In this document: in pieces, positions 51,178-64,000 of the stretch
Layout: every line of letters starts with the position of its first letter
Numbering within the stretch: the stretch's first letter is position 1
Assembly (NCBI GenBank): GCA_020536535.1
Contig: JAHLWZ010000022.1
Span: forward strand, 1-64,000
From: Pelomyxa schiedti
Taxonomy: Eukaryota > Protista > Evosea
Reading direction: 5' to 3'
Length of the DNA: 64,000 nt
Position numbers and translations under genes: made by a program
The notes under the pieces: model-generated
Databases searched by the model: none
What the model was told of the DNA's origin: nothing
Seen by the model: only the letters and a program-made list of their open reading frames with translations

Positions 51178-53370
51178 ATGACGAGGAACGTGGTTGCGTT
51201 TGTACGAGTTGTGGCGCTTGCGGCGCTTTTTTTCGCGGAAGGGGGTGCTCGTAACTCGCTGATGAAGCAGGCGTCTCCCACAATTGCGACAGTGGAGGCG
51301 GCTCCGTTCGCCATGACTTTTTCGCCCAAGTTGTCTGTGGTGTCAGGCGGACTGGTGTGTTTCCTTTTTTCTCCCTATTTGGCTCTAAAGTTATCGTTCT
51401 ACTTGTTTAAAGGTTTATCTTGCTGGAGCGTTTCAAACGAGTACACTGGTTTTACCTGGTACTTCAAGTACCACTATTACACTTACGAAGGTTGGTATTC
51501 TTGGTGCTATTCGTATGGAAAGAGTGGACTGAGTAAAACGTGTTCTCTAGGATTCTGGTGCTACACAAGCTGCATGGGTCGGGCAACTTTCAGCAAGCGA
51601 CCAAACTGTATTCAACTGGGCCATCGTAATAAGTTCTAGTGATTCCGGGAGCGTGGACAATGTTTACGCAATGTGCCCAAATCCCTCCGTAAGGCCGTAC
51701 CATCCCTATGATTCTCTTGGAAGTTAACTCTTGTAGGGTGGTGTTTATGCAGTTGGGATTTGTAGTAGTACTACAAAATTCGGCGTTTACACTTCCACAA
51801 CCACCTCAATACCTCAGTCCATTTTTGTTGTTAATATTCCTTCGACTGGAGTTGTTGCCGCGGCACCTGCCCGAGCCAACAAACAAGATGCAATTGATTA
51901 TGCGCTCACCTGTGTGGCTGATGTATAGCAGTATCCTCTAGAAACTTGTCTAATTTCATTGCAGAGTTCAAATGTTTATGTAGGCGGAATCTTCAATGGC
52001 AGGCTGACTCTTGATCAAGTGCCAAATGAAATTCAAAATACTGGATTTCAACAAGTATTTGCAGTCTTTTATTTAACTTACAGGGTGCTCTTCTTACTTT
52101 GTTTTAAGGGGTGGGTCGCTGTCTACTCCGTTGCTAGCTCCACATACAGGACTGCCATTGCTGGTAGTAACTTCACAACTGCTTTGGCTCTTGGGACAAG
52201 TACGCTATACGTTGCTTGGTATGACGCCACCGGTCCTTATGAAGCGAGGATAAGCGCATACACAAAGACTCTCACCTCTACTGGAAGCCCTGCGATTTTC
52301 ACCTCGCCCTATTTTGTTTCAATTGATGGCCTTGTGGAAGAATCTGGCGTTCTTTATGTCAGTGGCCGGTTCAAGGGTTCAGTCTCGTTAGGCGGCACCT
52401 CCTTTGCAGATGTAACATCTACAATTGGTACCAGCTCCATGATGGCTTTTGTTGCCAAAGTTACTTTTTCTGGTTTGACTTTGGGATGGCACACGGAATA
52501 TTTAGTCCAGCAAAATTCCAAGGTTTTTCTTTTTGGGTGTTATGGGGTCGCTTGAAATGACGAAATTTTTCAGAGCCCTTGGTATGATTCTACAGGTTCT
52601 AACGTAGTAACGTATTCGGCGTTGGCATTGAATGGCACTTGGTTGTATCAATATCTCACTTATACTGGAATGATTAGCCCTAACTCCATTTCATTGTAAC
52701 GTTTCTGCTATGATAAGTTAGTGTTAATTTCTATTTTAAAAAGGTATCAGGAGGGCACAGGCTCCTCCTACGGCTCTAGTGTAGCCTTGCTAATGATTTC
52801 AAAGAGCGCGGGCACTATTTCTGGTGCCACTTGGTGGGGAACCTATGGAACCATGGGAGTTGCCTCAGGGCTTGATGTGATTGGCAACTATGTACATACC
52901 ACATCCGTTGCATGTACTTCTCCAAGCAGCTCTACGGCTGTTTGTAAGGTTTTTTCCTCTCCTTCCCCCTCCATAGTTTTTAAAGAACTGCAACAGCTCT
53001 CTTATGCACAATTACTCCCATGTTTCTGTAGTAGTGGCATTTGTACTAGTGCAGGCATTTGCCTGTGTGATACCGGCTACGGGGGTCCTCAGTGTGCCAC
53101 GCAATGCCCTGGTACCAACGGCGACTGCAACGGTCATGGAACATGCGACCGCACAGACGGAACATGCAACTGCGATTACGGGTAATCACTCTACAAAAGT
53201 ACCCCTTCCCCCCGACTTATTCCCTCTCAAGATACGCTGAGCCCTCTTGTTCCGCCACCTGCTGTGGGGGTGGTAAAGGAAGTTGCTCTGGAGGTTCTAC
53301 TTGCCTCCAATGTGACACTACCCACTATGATACTGCTTCTTCTTGTGCCTCTACCTGCACAGCACTTTAA
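51178..53370 (+). CDS. Secreted protein with beta-rich region and C-terminal EGF-like repeats
   Basis: Signal peptide VAFVRVVALAALFFAEG; CLCDTGYGGPQC, CNGHGTC...CNCDYG; no TM seen. Confidence 0.62.
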
Positions 53371-53486
53371 ATTCTGTTCCAAAAAAGTGTTTTCCCACAA
53401 AATCCAAAACAGAAACCATAGGAAGTTGTACTTGTTTCGGTTTTTCTTTTCTTCCTACTTTACATATTTCTTGTAATTGGTTGATG

Positions 53487-56400
53487 TCAAGAGTCAGAGA
53501 ATGTTGGGGTTGTGGATTGTGGTACTTCTTCAGAAGCACTTGTTTTTAGTGGTGCCTCGGCAGTTGTACCAGTTGTAGTTGTTTGTTGTTGAGGTGGTGG
53601 AGGTTCTTCTGGTTTCCTGTTGAGGGAAAGGAGGTCCATAAGCCAGGAAGCTGTTGAGTTGCGGCGGTGGCTGAGTGCAGCATTGGCAATTAAAGAGGTG
53701 TGTGCTGAGGCTGTGTAGGAGGGAGTGTGCCCGCCTGAGGAATTGCCTAGCGATAGGTTGATGGTGTAGCGCCGCGAGTGCTTGGTACTAGGGCTAATTG
53801 GGGAGCTAGGGAAAAAAAAAACATGGATGTTTGTTTGTTGGTTGGTTGTGGAATGAACGTTTGGGAAACCGACCTGTTGAAGGCGTATTCTTGTGCCCTT
53901 ATTTTCTCCAAGTTACTCCTTGTGCGTACAAGCTCACCTGTCTGTATATTGGATAGTGCTTCGGCAAGTCTCATTTTGTTTATTTCGGCGTTTTCAAGGA
54001 GGGCAGCTTTGTAATTGTCAGCTGAGCTGCAAAAAAATAAGAACTCTTGGCTTACCTTCAAAAAGTCTCGATTCTCTCTTCAGTTTGTCCAACTCCACTT
54101 TAGCTTCTTCAGCAAGAGCCCATTTTTCCGCTGGTGACATGGAATATATTGTCTCTCTCTTGAATTGTGCTTGATAATGTTGTGAATGAATTGTTACAAA
54201 TTCAAGTGGCATACGAGTCGAAAGCGTACGCCCCCCGTCAAGTAGCGTTTTTACTCTCAAGTTAGCATACTGTTGTTCTAGAATTGCAGAAGCTTGTTCC
54301 GCTTTTACTCTGGCAATTCCAGTCGTCTTTTCTGGTTTGGGCATTAAAGATCACACAAGTGCAGCACTAGTAGACACCGTCTAAGGATTTTTGTTGCTCC
54401 TGGAACTTGGTAATGGCTGTCGTCAACTCCGAGAACCATTTTTCTTTATCTTGCTCAGTATTGGCACAAAGAATGAGAGAATGTCGCCTAGTTGCGAGAT
54501 TGAATCCAAGTGGGATGGCTGAAGAGGTTAGCTTAATGCAATTATAATCGTAGTTTGATACTCTGGCCCGTGACTTCGGTGACAGTAGCATCTTTCATGG
54601 AAAGAGCTACATAAAGCTGATACTTAAATTTTTTAAAGAACGATGAGGTATCATACTAAATGGTGTCATAAGGAGATTAAAGACAAAAAAAGAAGTCGAA
54701 ACACACAGAGCATATCACAATGAGGTCATTAAAAAGTATGATGTAACGCTTGATAGTCTTTCTCCCTGTCATTTCAACAAGTTCACCTTCTTTTATGAAT
54801 TCTCTGGAGGCAGTAACGAGTTGCTTTTAACAAATTTAAAAAGGGGTAAGCCACGAAAATTCCATACTAAATTTATGTCTGCAAGACCCCCTATAGAGCT
54901 CTGAAAATCGATTATTTTTTGCTGCCGCTCATATTTGTGTTGACTAATGTCACTAAGAGGAAAAATGAGGAATAAATCACTCCACCTTTGGTTGACCCAA
55001 TCAGCAAGACCAGCGATTTTCACAACTGCTTTTGACAAGTCCTCATAGTCAACGTGGTCCTTTTTTTAGTCAGGTTGAAGAAAAGGAACAAAGCTTCTCT
55101 GGGATCTACTTTTGGAGTGTGCCTCAACAGATCCTATAAGTGCATAAGTAGATTGCATCATATTGAAGGGAACACACTTGTAATAACAGTCTATACCTGG
55201 GGATGCGCTGAATTGGCAGAATCAAGTAGCAGTCAAGTTCCCGTTCTTGATGCTTTACAGGAAACAATTGCTGCTGTTTCTGTTGTTTGTGAATGAAGGG
55301 AGAAGGGAAAGGTGAAAGAACTCGGTAAAAATTCCAGAAGGCATGAGAGCCATCATATTTTTTCAGAGTGTTACGTGCAACATAAAAATTTTTCACATAT
55401 TCTAAAGTCATTAATGGTTTCCAATTTATAAGAAAGACTAACCTGTGTACACTCGCAGATAGTCACTCTAATTACTGTGAGTATCTCGAAAGAAGTTTTC
55501 AGGATTTTACCATTCTGAGAAAGACATCCCCAAGTTTCTGGGTTTTGTTCCACTTGGCAATGCGAGAGCGTAGTGTTGCAAGCAAGCTTTCATTCACACT
55601 TCGAATGATAGCAACATCCGAGAAAATACTTTTAATATCATCTTCACTGATTATTTTTGATGCTCTAAGCGGTTCCATGACAGTCTGAGTGAAGGCTCAA
55701 CCACAAAATAAGAAAAACAATAGTTGCGTACATCTACCAGTATCTGAAGCTCCTCAACATAACATCTTTTGGGATTTTAGGTTTTTACAATGGATAGTGG
55801 GGATCACACTCTTCAGAAGAAAGAATTTCTCGGGCACAAAAACCACGATATTCATGCAGGGTTCCTGGAGATTTGTAAGAAAGGGAAAGGATGGGAAAGA
55901 AGGCACTTTGTTTTCTGGCAATTCTGCGGTGCCAAGCACGTTGGAAAACACATGCAGCTATGGAGAGACATGTTGAAGCCAAAAGAAAAAGAAAGATGTT
56001 TACCCTTCAACCGCAACAAAGAAGCAGCAAGAAGCGCAGCGTGAGGAATGTTTAGCTCAAACAACTTCCCTAGCATGACCACTTGCTTTGCCTGAGAAAT
56101 CTCCTCAAAGTTTTTGTAACTCCAACTTATCTTTCTGTAATTGGTTGATGATAAGAGAGTAGAATAAGAGTTTACGTTGAAGTAACTGCTGTGGAAGTTG
56201 ATGATGTTTGTTCTGGGGATGTAGGTATGGACTCCACAACGTAGTTTACAACCTCACGGTAAAAAATATCATATGACATGCGAGTGGCTAAAGCTGCCAG
56301 GGCAACACCATCAATATTATGTTTTGTCAGGGAGTCACTTATACTGTCAAACGGCAGTGAATCTGCACGCTGTTAAAGTCAAAAGAACGCATGTAGAGCA

Positions 56401-58002
56401 CATACCCGGGAGCAGGGTATCCATCACCACACTATACAACGCGGAATGCCCCACGTCGGATTTAACCGCCAGTGACCAATTGGACACGGCATCAACTCCC
56501 CATGCCCACACATGCTTCGGCTTGGCTACTTCCACGGGAGTAGGAGCAGAAGAAACAGAAGCAGAAGCAGCGGAACTAGCAGCACTGGTACCACTATTAG
56601 TAGAATCGCAAGGAGGAGCCGCTGGTGACGAGTCAATGCCTGTTGCTGGTGACAAAGAAGTTGAAGATGACTCTATACACTGTGATTGTGATGCAACTAC
56701 AACCGCATCAGCATTCCCATTTGCATCTGTACTTGAATTCTCATTTGTGCTTGTGTCCACATCAGTACCCGCACTTGCACTTGCGTTGGTAGTTGCAGTT
56801 GCAGTTTCAGCTTCAGTTGTATCAGCATTGGTAGTTGTAGTTGTTGTTGTAGTTGAGCCCGAGTTTTCTTCATCTACATCTGGAACAGTCAGAGCTACCT
56901 CATCTTCCGACTCGGAGTCTGAACTCGAACTCGAACTGGAGCTCGAGCTTGAACCATCATCATCCGACTCCGATTCCGAGCTCTCAGAACTCTCGGAAGA
57001 CGAGGCCGCCGCACCCCCTTCCTCCTCCTCCTCCCCCCCATTCAGTTCCTGATCCTGCTCCTGGTCTTGGTCTTGGTCATGGCCTTGCTCCCGCTCCGGG
57101 TCCAGGATTTTGGCTGCGCTGTCGAGGACAACCGGGGGTGTGGTAGCCAGGGACGGCGGCGAGGGCGGGGGCGTCGTGCCAGGCGAGGAGCACGGCGACG
57201 CCGGCTCCGACGCCGGCCGCGTGCACGGGGACGACGGCGGCGTGGTGTCCGTGCCCCCGGTCGTGGTGGACGTGGTCGCAGTCGCCGTCGCTGCCGCCGA
57301 GGCAGACGCGGAGGCGGACGACGAGGAGTCGCGGGCGTGGGCGGCGGCGGCCGAGTGCGTGTGGCCGTGGCTGCTGCTGCCGCTGCGTGTGGTGCTGCGG
57401 CTGTGGCTGCCGTGGCTGTGGCCGTGGGCGGTGTGGTGGCTGGTGCTCCGGCGGGCGGCGGGGCTCGGCCGGCGCCGGCGGTGGTGCTCGCGGCTGGGCT
57501 CGTCGCGGGACGAGCACAGCGACGAGAGGTACGAGGAGGAGTGGTAGCGCTTGCTGCTGCCCAGCGAGGCCCCCGGGTCCTGGTCGAGGGCGAACTCGCT
57601 GGCGCTGGGCGGGATCCCCCCGTGGCGGTGGCGGCTGTGGCGGTGCGCGTGGTGCGGGCAGCAGCAGCACGCGTGGTGCCGCTGCTCGTACTCGCCGCCG
57701 CCGGCGTCGTCCCCGCGGGGGACGCGGGACGCGCGGTAGTGGTGGCTGTGGGCGTACTGCTGCGAGGAGGTGGGCTCCTGGGCGTGCTGGTGCTGCGAGT
57801 GATTGTGGGAGTGCGAGTGGGCCGGTCGTAGGCTTTCCCGCTGCGACGCGGTGAGGAGAGCCCCCGTGGAGTAAGAGGAGGGCGGGGGGGCACCTGGGAG
57901 GCGGTGTCGAGGGGGAGCAAGGTGGGCTGGGAGTCGCGTGGGTCTCGGTGCAGGCGAAGTCGATGGTGTTGCAGAGGGTGCTTCTTTCGTTGGGTTGTCC
58001 AT
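53487..58002 (-). CDS. Rho guanine nucleotide exchange factor (DH-PH) with long low-complexity N-terminus and IQ-like motif
   Basis: AREILSSE, IKSIFSDV, YLILPIQRIPRYRLLL, DLLRHTP; PH with ILFND and CANTEQDKEKWFSEL; AACVFQRAWHRR. Confidence 0.85.
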
Positions 58003-58476
58003 GCGAACCAAAGTGCACTTTTTTTTTGTTTCTTGTTCCGTTTTGATGACAGTGATTTTTCCGTAGAGTGGATGTTGATCATCAAGGTGTCACAGGCACT
58101 ATCTCGTCGGCCGACACCCACTCCCTGGAAGGAAGAGGGTAAAGAGAGAGGTGCTTTGAGGAATGAGTTGGCTTGGATGCCTGGGTGTCTGAGTGGAATT
58201 CACCTGATCTTCTGTGGCATCTGTGTCTAGAATTGGGGTTCAACGAAACCGCCGAGTTCGATGAAGTCGGATTAAAAAATCGAAAAAGTTGTTCGTTTCC
58301 TTTTTTCGAGGCTTCAAAGATACCAACTTTACCCTTCTCGCTGAAGAAAACATTAATTTTCTCTTGGCGCCATCTTACAAACTGTAACAAACAAAAAAAA
58401 AAACAACAAGCTAAGATCCTCTCACACAATAAACAGCGGCGAGTTGTACGCCAACAAAGCACCAAGTCAAACACAA

Positions 58477-59709
58477 ATGAGCGCAGACGAGTTTCTCGAA
58501 TCTCCAACAATACCGCTCCTCGGAAACTACGCCCTTCCCGACGCAGTTGCCAACTACACCCACAATAGGCGCGGCGCAGACGGCTTGGAGCCCATGCCTA
58601 TCCACGAAATGCACATGTATTTTGACTGGGACGAGGTCAAGAGGGTTTTTACGCCCAAGAGGAGAGAGAACCCCGACTTAATTTTGGCGGGCCTCTTTTT
58701 GGGAGACCAGAGAAATGCCTATTCACGACATGTACTTGAATATCTTTTTTTTTTTCTCTCGCTCTCTTTTGGAGTTGTTGCCTGTGTGTTGTTTATGTTC
58801 TTTTTTGTTTTGGAGGCTAACTTCTTCCAAAAGACTTTGGAAAAGTTCAATATTACCCACGTTCTGTCTGTTTTATCCGGTGTTGACGTTCCAGTGCACA
58901 GGTCCAAGTTTTCTTCCCGAGTAGTGGTTGACACCATAATGTACGTCTCCGCCTCAAACATGAATGTCCACTCAATCGTTTTTAACAGAGTGCCGGACGA
59001 GGCCAAGGCGGATATATCGCAGCATTTCACTACTGCCATTGCAGTAATAGACAAGGCCTTACAAGATGGAGAAAACATCCTGGTCCACTGTGCTTGGGGG
59101 ATGAGCCGCTCTGCCACGGTTGTCATTGCTTATCTGATGTACAAGTTCGGCATTAATCTGACAGAGGCCATGCGCCATGTTCGGGACAGCAGGCCAATTG
59201 CCACCCTCAACCCAGGATTCAAACAGCAATTAGTGGCCTGGAGCCGCAGAGTTTCTTCCGTGGAGTTCAGCGTGCGGGATGTTGAGACTCAGTGGGGCGA
59301 GAGTGTATTTATTGTAGGGAGCTCAGCTGAATTGGGCAATTGGACTTGCACCAAGGCTAACCAGATGAAATGGGTTGCCCCCGGAATATGGAAAGCCCAG
59401 CTTCCCGTTTACGCCCACAAGTTCGAATACAAGTACGTCATAGCCAAGTGCGCCGATACTGAAGTAGGCACCTTACTCGTTGACGAGCACAAGACATGGG
59501 AGGGAGGCCTTATGAACCGCGTTTACGACGGCTCGCGGCACTTCCTCAGAGAGAGCTGGGACTTGATAGTCAGGCCGCACGAGGCCCCCGCCCCCGCGGA
59601 GCCCCCTGCCCACAACCATTACGCCATCTTCACCAACCTGGTTCCCCGCCGGGCCACCGCGGTCCGCGAAGACGCCCACCAGAACCCCCGCACTACGTCT
59701 TTGAGCTAG
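58477..59709 (+). CDS. Dual-specificity phosphatase fused to a C-terminal CBM20 glucan-binding domain
   Basis: LFLGD, ITHVLSV, VHCAWGMSRSATVVIAYLM, NPGFKQQL; CBM20 TQWGESVFIVGSSAELGNW...W...FEYKYVI...WEGG..NR. Confidence 0.88.
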   Translation: MSADEFLESPTIPLLGNYALPDAVANYTHNRRGADGLEPMPIHEMHMYFDWDEVKRVFTPKRRENPDLILAGLFLGDQRNAYSRHVLEYLFFFLSLSFGVVACVLFMFFFVLEANFFQKTLEKFNITHVLSVLSGVDVPVHRSKFSSRVVVDTIMYVSASNMNVHSIVFNRVPDEAKADISQHFTTAIAVIDKALQDGENILVHCAWGMSRSATVVIAYLMYKFGINLTEAMRHVRDSRPIATLNPGFKQQLVAWSRRVSSVEFSVRDVETQWGESVFIVGSSAELGNWTCTKANQMKWVAPGIWKAQLPVYAHKFEYKYVIAKCADTEVGTLLVDEHKTWEGGLMNRVYDGSRHFLRESWDLIVRPHEAPAPAEPPAHNHYAIFTNLVPRRATAVREDAHQNPRTTSLS

Positions 59710-60234
59710 TCCTCACCCCTCCACCATCGCAAGACTGTAGTTGTTGTACTTGTACTTGGGGGATAAAATAAAACCAACTTTGCTGTGTAGCCTACGGCGA
59801 CGCCTCACCTTTACGGTTTATGTTTGTTTAAAAAAAATGAAAAATTAAATTTCGCTTGGTACAAGGCGTTTCAGGGGCCGCGTCACCACATATCGAATTC
59901 TCGGAACCACCCGAAATTTCCCAAAACCTTGAACATCTCGCTCCCTTTCTTTCTCCTCATTGACAACAGTGAATGACTTCTCCCTGATGCGGTCGGAACC
60001 TCATCGTTGAGTACTGCGGATGCCGATCCTCGGTGGGCCTGACAGACGCCCCGTTGAGCTGTTTCAGCCCGTTCCGAATTATCCCGTTTAAGGTAACAAT
60101 AGATGGAATTTCTCGGGTTCTTTTTCAAGGAAGTCCGTTCCGTGATGGTGCAGTTTTTGGACGGCCAATTTGGTGGCCTGCGGCGTGAGGGTGAAAAAGA
60201 AAAGAATACAGATACAGACTAATTACTATTTTCA

Positions 60235-63200
60235 TTACTGACCGCTCTTTGTTGTTTCGAGCGCGAGTATGGTGGCCCAGTATTTACTGTTGTTGGTGAG
60301 ATGTTGCATGAGCATTGGGATTGGTAAGAAGGAGTTGAATGCTTCAAACATGGGGCTGGCTACTATCTGCAGGAAGTTCACCTGTGTCTGTGCAACGGTC
60401 TTCACTGACGATTGCTCCCGGTCCATAAAGGTGGTTACCGGTAACCCGAGTTGCCTTTCCTTGTCACCTGAGTTTTGTCGTTTTCAATGGCAACAAGGGT
60501 TGTTTGTGTCATACCTTGGAAGTAGAATTCTTCATTGAGCTTCTGAACCCACACCTGCATGACATCAACAGGTCTGGTTACGTTACTTATGTCCGCTAGT
60601 TTTAAAAGGAGCCTCATGACTAGTAATTTGTCTTCTGCTGAAGACTTGGTTGATATCTGCCCATGTTGACGCAGGGTATTGAATTCACTTACGATCTGAC
60701 CACGTGTTTGTTAATTTGTCAATGTGAACATTCGGAAAACCTTCCAGTGCTGCCCCATATCAGTTCCTGAAGTGGAAGTTTAATTGGCAGCTACAAAAAG
60801 TAGGAAGGTACCCAAAACCAAAGAAATTATTACACTGCGTAAGTGCTTAGTAGCTGAGCTGTCCAAACTCTCTAGTACACCGCTCGCGGTAAGAAGAGAT
60901 AGGCCAACGTGAGCGTGGTGATGTTCCAAGGGCGTTTGGTCATTATATATTTGAGCTAGTTCCTGTTTTTTGTGAGGCGAGCATAAGGGAGAATTTGCAC
61001 ACCGTTTGAGACATAATTTGAAAGCTGTTGTTCAGCCCCTAGTAAATGTTAGGTATTTGTTCCGAAATGTGCTAATACAAGGCAACAGTCATACAGGGTG
61101 ATCAACATCATGTATTACACCAGCCAAAATTAATGCCAAGCGATCAAGTGCTGAGAGACCCAGTTGTTCAGAAAACCAAGAAATTAAACAGAACTTAATT
61201 TCATAAGACTGTAGTGATTGTACTAACATGACATACCAATCCTTGGACAACGTCAGCTGCATGCAAAGCTGTGGACAGTGGGTGGCTAATTATGTCAAAG
61301 AAAAAAAAACCTGAGTGGAACGGAACATCTTGGTATTTCCGAGAAACATTCTTGAAAAATTGAAATAATGAGTCTTCTGCCAGTTCGAGTTCTTGGGCAA
61401 ACTTGCGCACGGCATATATAGCGAAAACTGGGAGTACATCATGGCTAACTTCTACAAATTTGAATATTGAGAAGTTCCAGTCAGCAAATTCTTGTGGTAG
61501 CTGCTGAATAACGTATGACTCGGTTCTTTGGGAATTGATGTAGCTGACAGAGGCTGGGTAGGATGTTATCGAACATTTTAGCATTCTAATGGCACACATT
61601 GCCTGGAAAGGGAGGTAGGAATTAAGTTTGGTTGCTTAGAGGTATTCTTTTGACCAAGTTCCACCTGCAACCATTCCATGGTGGCAGAATCCAGATGTCC
61701 TGCTTGCAAGTTTGGGGCAAAAAGCAATCCCCTATTATGTTTAATACAACGGTCGGACAGGGGAAGGTGCTCACGTGTTGATACCAGAAATCAACTGGGA
61801 AATTACCGCCTGAATACGTGATTTTGAGTAGATATCAGTTGTCTGCTCAGCTACTTGGTGCAGGGTAGCTAGAATTTTCTCCACCCCGCTGTCTAAATCC
61901 AATCCTTCGTTATGCTCGAGGGCATCATGTATTTGTACACTGGCCACTGCAATTCTGTTGGTAATTGCACAAGTGATTCCAAGGAGTGTGCAAATAGCGA
62001 CAAATAAAACAGCAAGCGCAGAAAGAATTGTCCGCTTGTTATTCTCATTGAGGTGTAGCGTGAAGTCATATGAAGGTACAGCAACAACAAGGCTCCAGGA
62101 GGGAAAAAAGCTTTTTCGAAAAATAAACGCTTGGTATGGAAGGTAAACAACAAACCTAGTGAGTAAAGGGTATACACTCACAAAAGTTAAAACGGAATGG
62201 CCATCCACTCTCAAATTTAGCTGTAACTGGGATGTGGAATTGAAAATAAGAGGTCTCTGCAAATGCAGAAGTTCGGTTCCCACTTGCGCTACTATAGTAT
62301 CTTGGCAGTCGTAGACGGATATCAGAGACGAGTTTGCTGCGCGGCCTGCACAAGCGACAGATGATGCTATAATGTACCCAGAAGAGTTACAAAGAAAGAC
62401 TACAGTGTCAGATGAAATGTTCAGCCCGTGTGCAAAGAAGTACGATAGGTTGTCGATTAAGAAGTCCTGGGAAAAAGGGCGTTAGATACACTTCAGAGGA
62501 AGGTTTACATACGGTACCAAAGGAACCCATGTAAACACCACGAATAAAAACTGGTGCAAAAAAGGAGATAATTGTCTGAGAGGTATTATATGAAGTGGCC
62601 TCTTGATGTGGTTGTTCCCACCAACTAGCATTCCCTAGATACTTGGGAAGCCATGTAAAAACGTCATAATACCCTGCAGAAGTCAAATTTTCACCTTTAT
62701 TCGCATTACATGCCCATGTCAGTATAATGAAACGGGTATGAAGTGTTTTCGCCATTAGAGTCCAGAATCCACTCAAACTGATTGCTCAGTGTCCCATTCG
62801 GATATATAACTACTTCCTATAAGAGTGATAACCTTGTCATTAGGTGCGCACTTGAAACTGTAAGATGCAACAAACCTGTCTGAAAGTTTTTCCAGCTACA
62901 TTGTCATAGGAAATACATGTCATGTCCCCTTTCATAGATGCCCAGTAAACATATCGAACGTTATGCGACGGGTCCAGTCTTTTGGTCAAATCCCAGAAAA
63001 AGTGGTGCATTTCGAGGAAAGAAGGGACACTTGGGTTTGTTCCATTCCTTGTTGCCCAATCACTGCTTATTGTGGAAATACTGGAGGCAGAACCCAGATA
63101 GTTTATGCTGTTGCTTTTAGTGCAGAATGAGAAATGACTTTTATGTACGTTTTTTCATAGGCATTCGCGCAAATGGAGTCTGTTAGTGGAACCAACACAG

Positions 63201-63588
63201 AGTAGACACTGTCCCGTCCGGACTGAGTGGCAAGTATAACAGGGACAATGACTTTTTTTTTTTTTGAATTGATTGTCAGGGGGAGATAGTGGAGGAATGA
63301 GGCCTAACCTGAGACAATGACAACCACGCTTATAGAAAGAGCAAGAGCTACTTGTAGAGCCGCCGAAACACGTTTCCAAGAGCGCACGGAACGTCCACGT
63401 CCCTTTGGTTTTCCAGATTCCAACGACTTGACGTTGGAATCGCCGGGGGCCTTGGCCGCCCCTCCGTCCTCAACTCCCGGATCCATTACCTCCACTTCAG
63501 ATCTCGCTGATACGACGTTGCTCTGGATCTCCTGCACACTGCTCAACATCGAGCTCGTAAGACTTTTAACGCCGGTTGTCGTAGACAT
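60235..63588 (-). CDS. Two-TM class I cyclic nucleotide phosphodiesterase with extracytoplasmic Cache-like domain
   Basis: PFH..HAADV, IHDVDHP, YND..PLEHHH, TDMGQH, KLADISN, EEFYFQGD, QVNFL; TMs at ~63310-63370 and ~61965-62035 flank the sensor region (WWEQPH, WSLVVAVP). Confidence 0.88.
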
Positions 63589-64000
63589 CGAAAGCCGCCA
63601 CTGCTTGGTTGGTTGGATCTAGATCGCGCGTAATGATGTCGCTCGTTGCGTCGCAAAGCACGTAGCACCAGCAGGATCCTCCGGCCCCCGGTCGGGTGCG
63701 AATGAGAACAAGGTTTGTTTTGTTGGTTTTATGGAATTCAACGTCGCTTCTGTCGCGTTGAACCGAAATATCAAACGATTCGCCGCCGGGATTCGCTTGA
63801 TGAACTCAACAAAAACACTTTTTCGCCATTCTTGTAATAACTTCCTTCAGCAAACGCGGTTCGCGAACACCGCACACGCCATCAGTGACAACAACAAACA
63901 AACGGGAGATCCAGCGGTGTGTCCGTGTGCCGAATCTACGCTCTCAGATCTCGAGGTATTTGTTCCTGTCGGTGGGCACGCGTCGGCCTTGGCTACGCAC

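Noticed and set aside
56273-58121. Many long overlapping ORFs in several frames (also 31179-32226)
   Set aside because: Shadows of GC-rich low-complexity coding sequence that lacks stop codons
60120-60230. RNase P/MRP-like motifs (GGAAGTCC; ACAGATACAGACTA)
   Set aside because: The two motifs cannot form the P4 helix and are too close together
1-64000. CRISPR array, rRNA, prokaryotic operon or repeated introner-type introns
   Set aside because: No regularly spaced repeats or rRNA motifs; genes are spliced; introns did not look mutually similar by eye (an all-vs-all alignment would be needed to be sure)

Overview
Gene-dense eukaryotic DNA with many short (~30-70 nt) GT-AG introns, so the ORF track shows exon fragments rather than whole genes. 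The intron style, Entamoeba-like receptor kinase layout and Dictyostelium-like IPT/TIG arrays suggest an amoebozoan, plausibly an archamoeba such as Pelomyxa; this is inference only. About 21 spliced genes were assembled by eye, so their boundaries are approximate. Housekeeping genes include SRP receptor beta, SAE1/AOS1, TatD, LAS1, ACBP, MPP-beta, Pkr1, eIF1, kinesin-14 and a RhoGEF. Unusual multidomain genes are: a ~10-kb LRR + IPT/TIG receptor kinase, a Crinkler-type NTPase-nuclease, a membrane-anchored ZZ-finger carboxylic acid reductase (A-T-R), a RING-TRAF-pentapeptide-3xSPRY protein, a DSP-CBM20 'reversed laforin', and a Cache-like sensor fused to a class I PDE. An accessory island at ~13.7-20.5 kb holds a kinase pseudogene, a MITE-like element, and a ~4-kb segment bounded by a perfect 15-bp inverted repeat around an orphan gene. 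A tRNA-like element with a broken anticodon arm starts 12 bp beyond that segment's right end. No CRISPR array or rRNA was seen.
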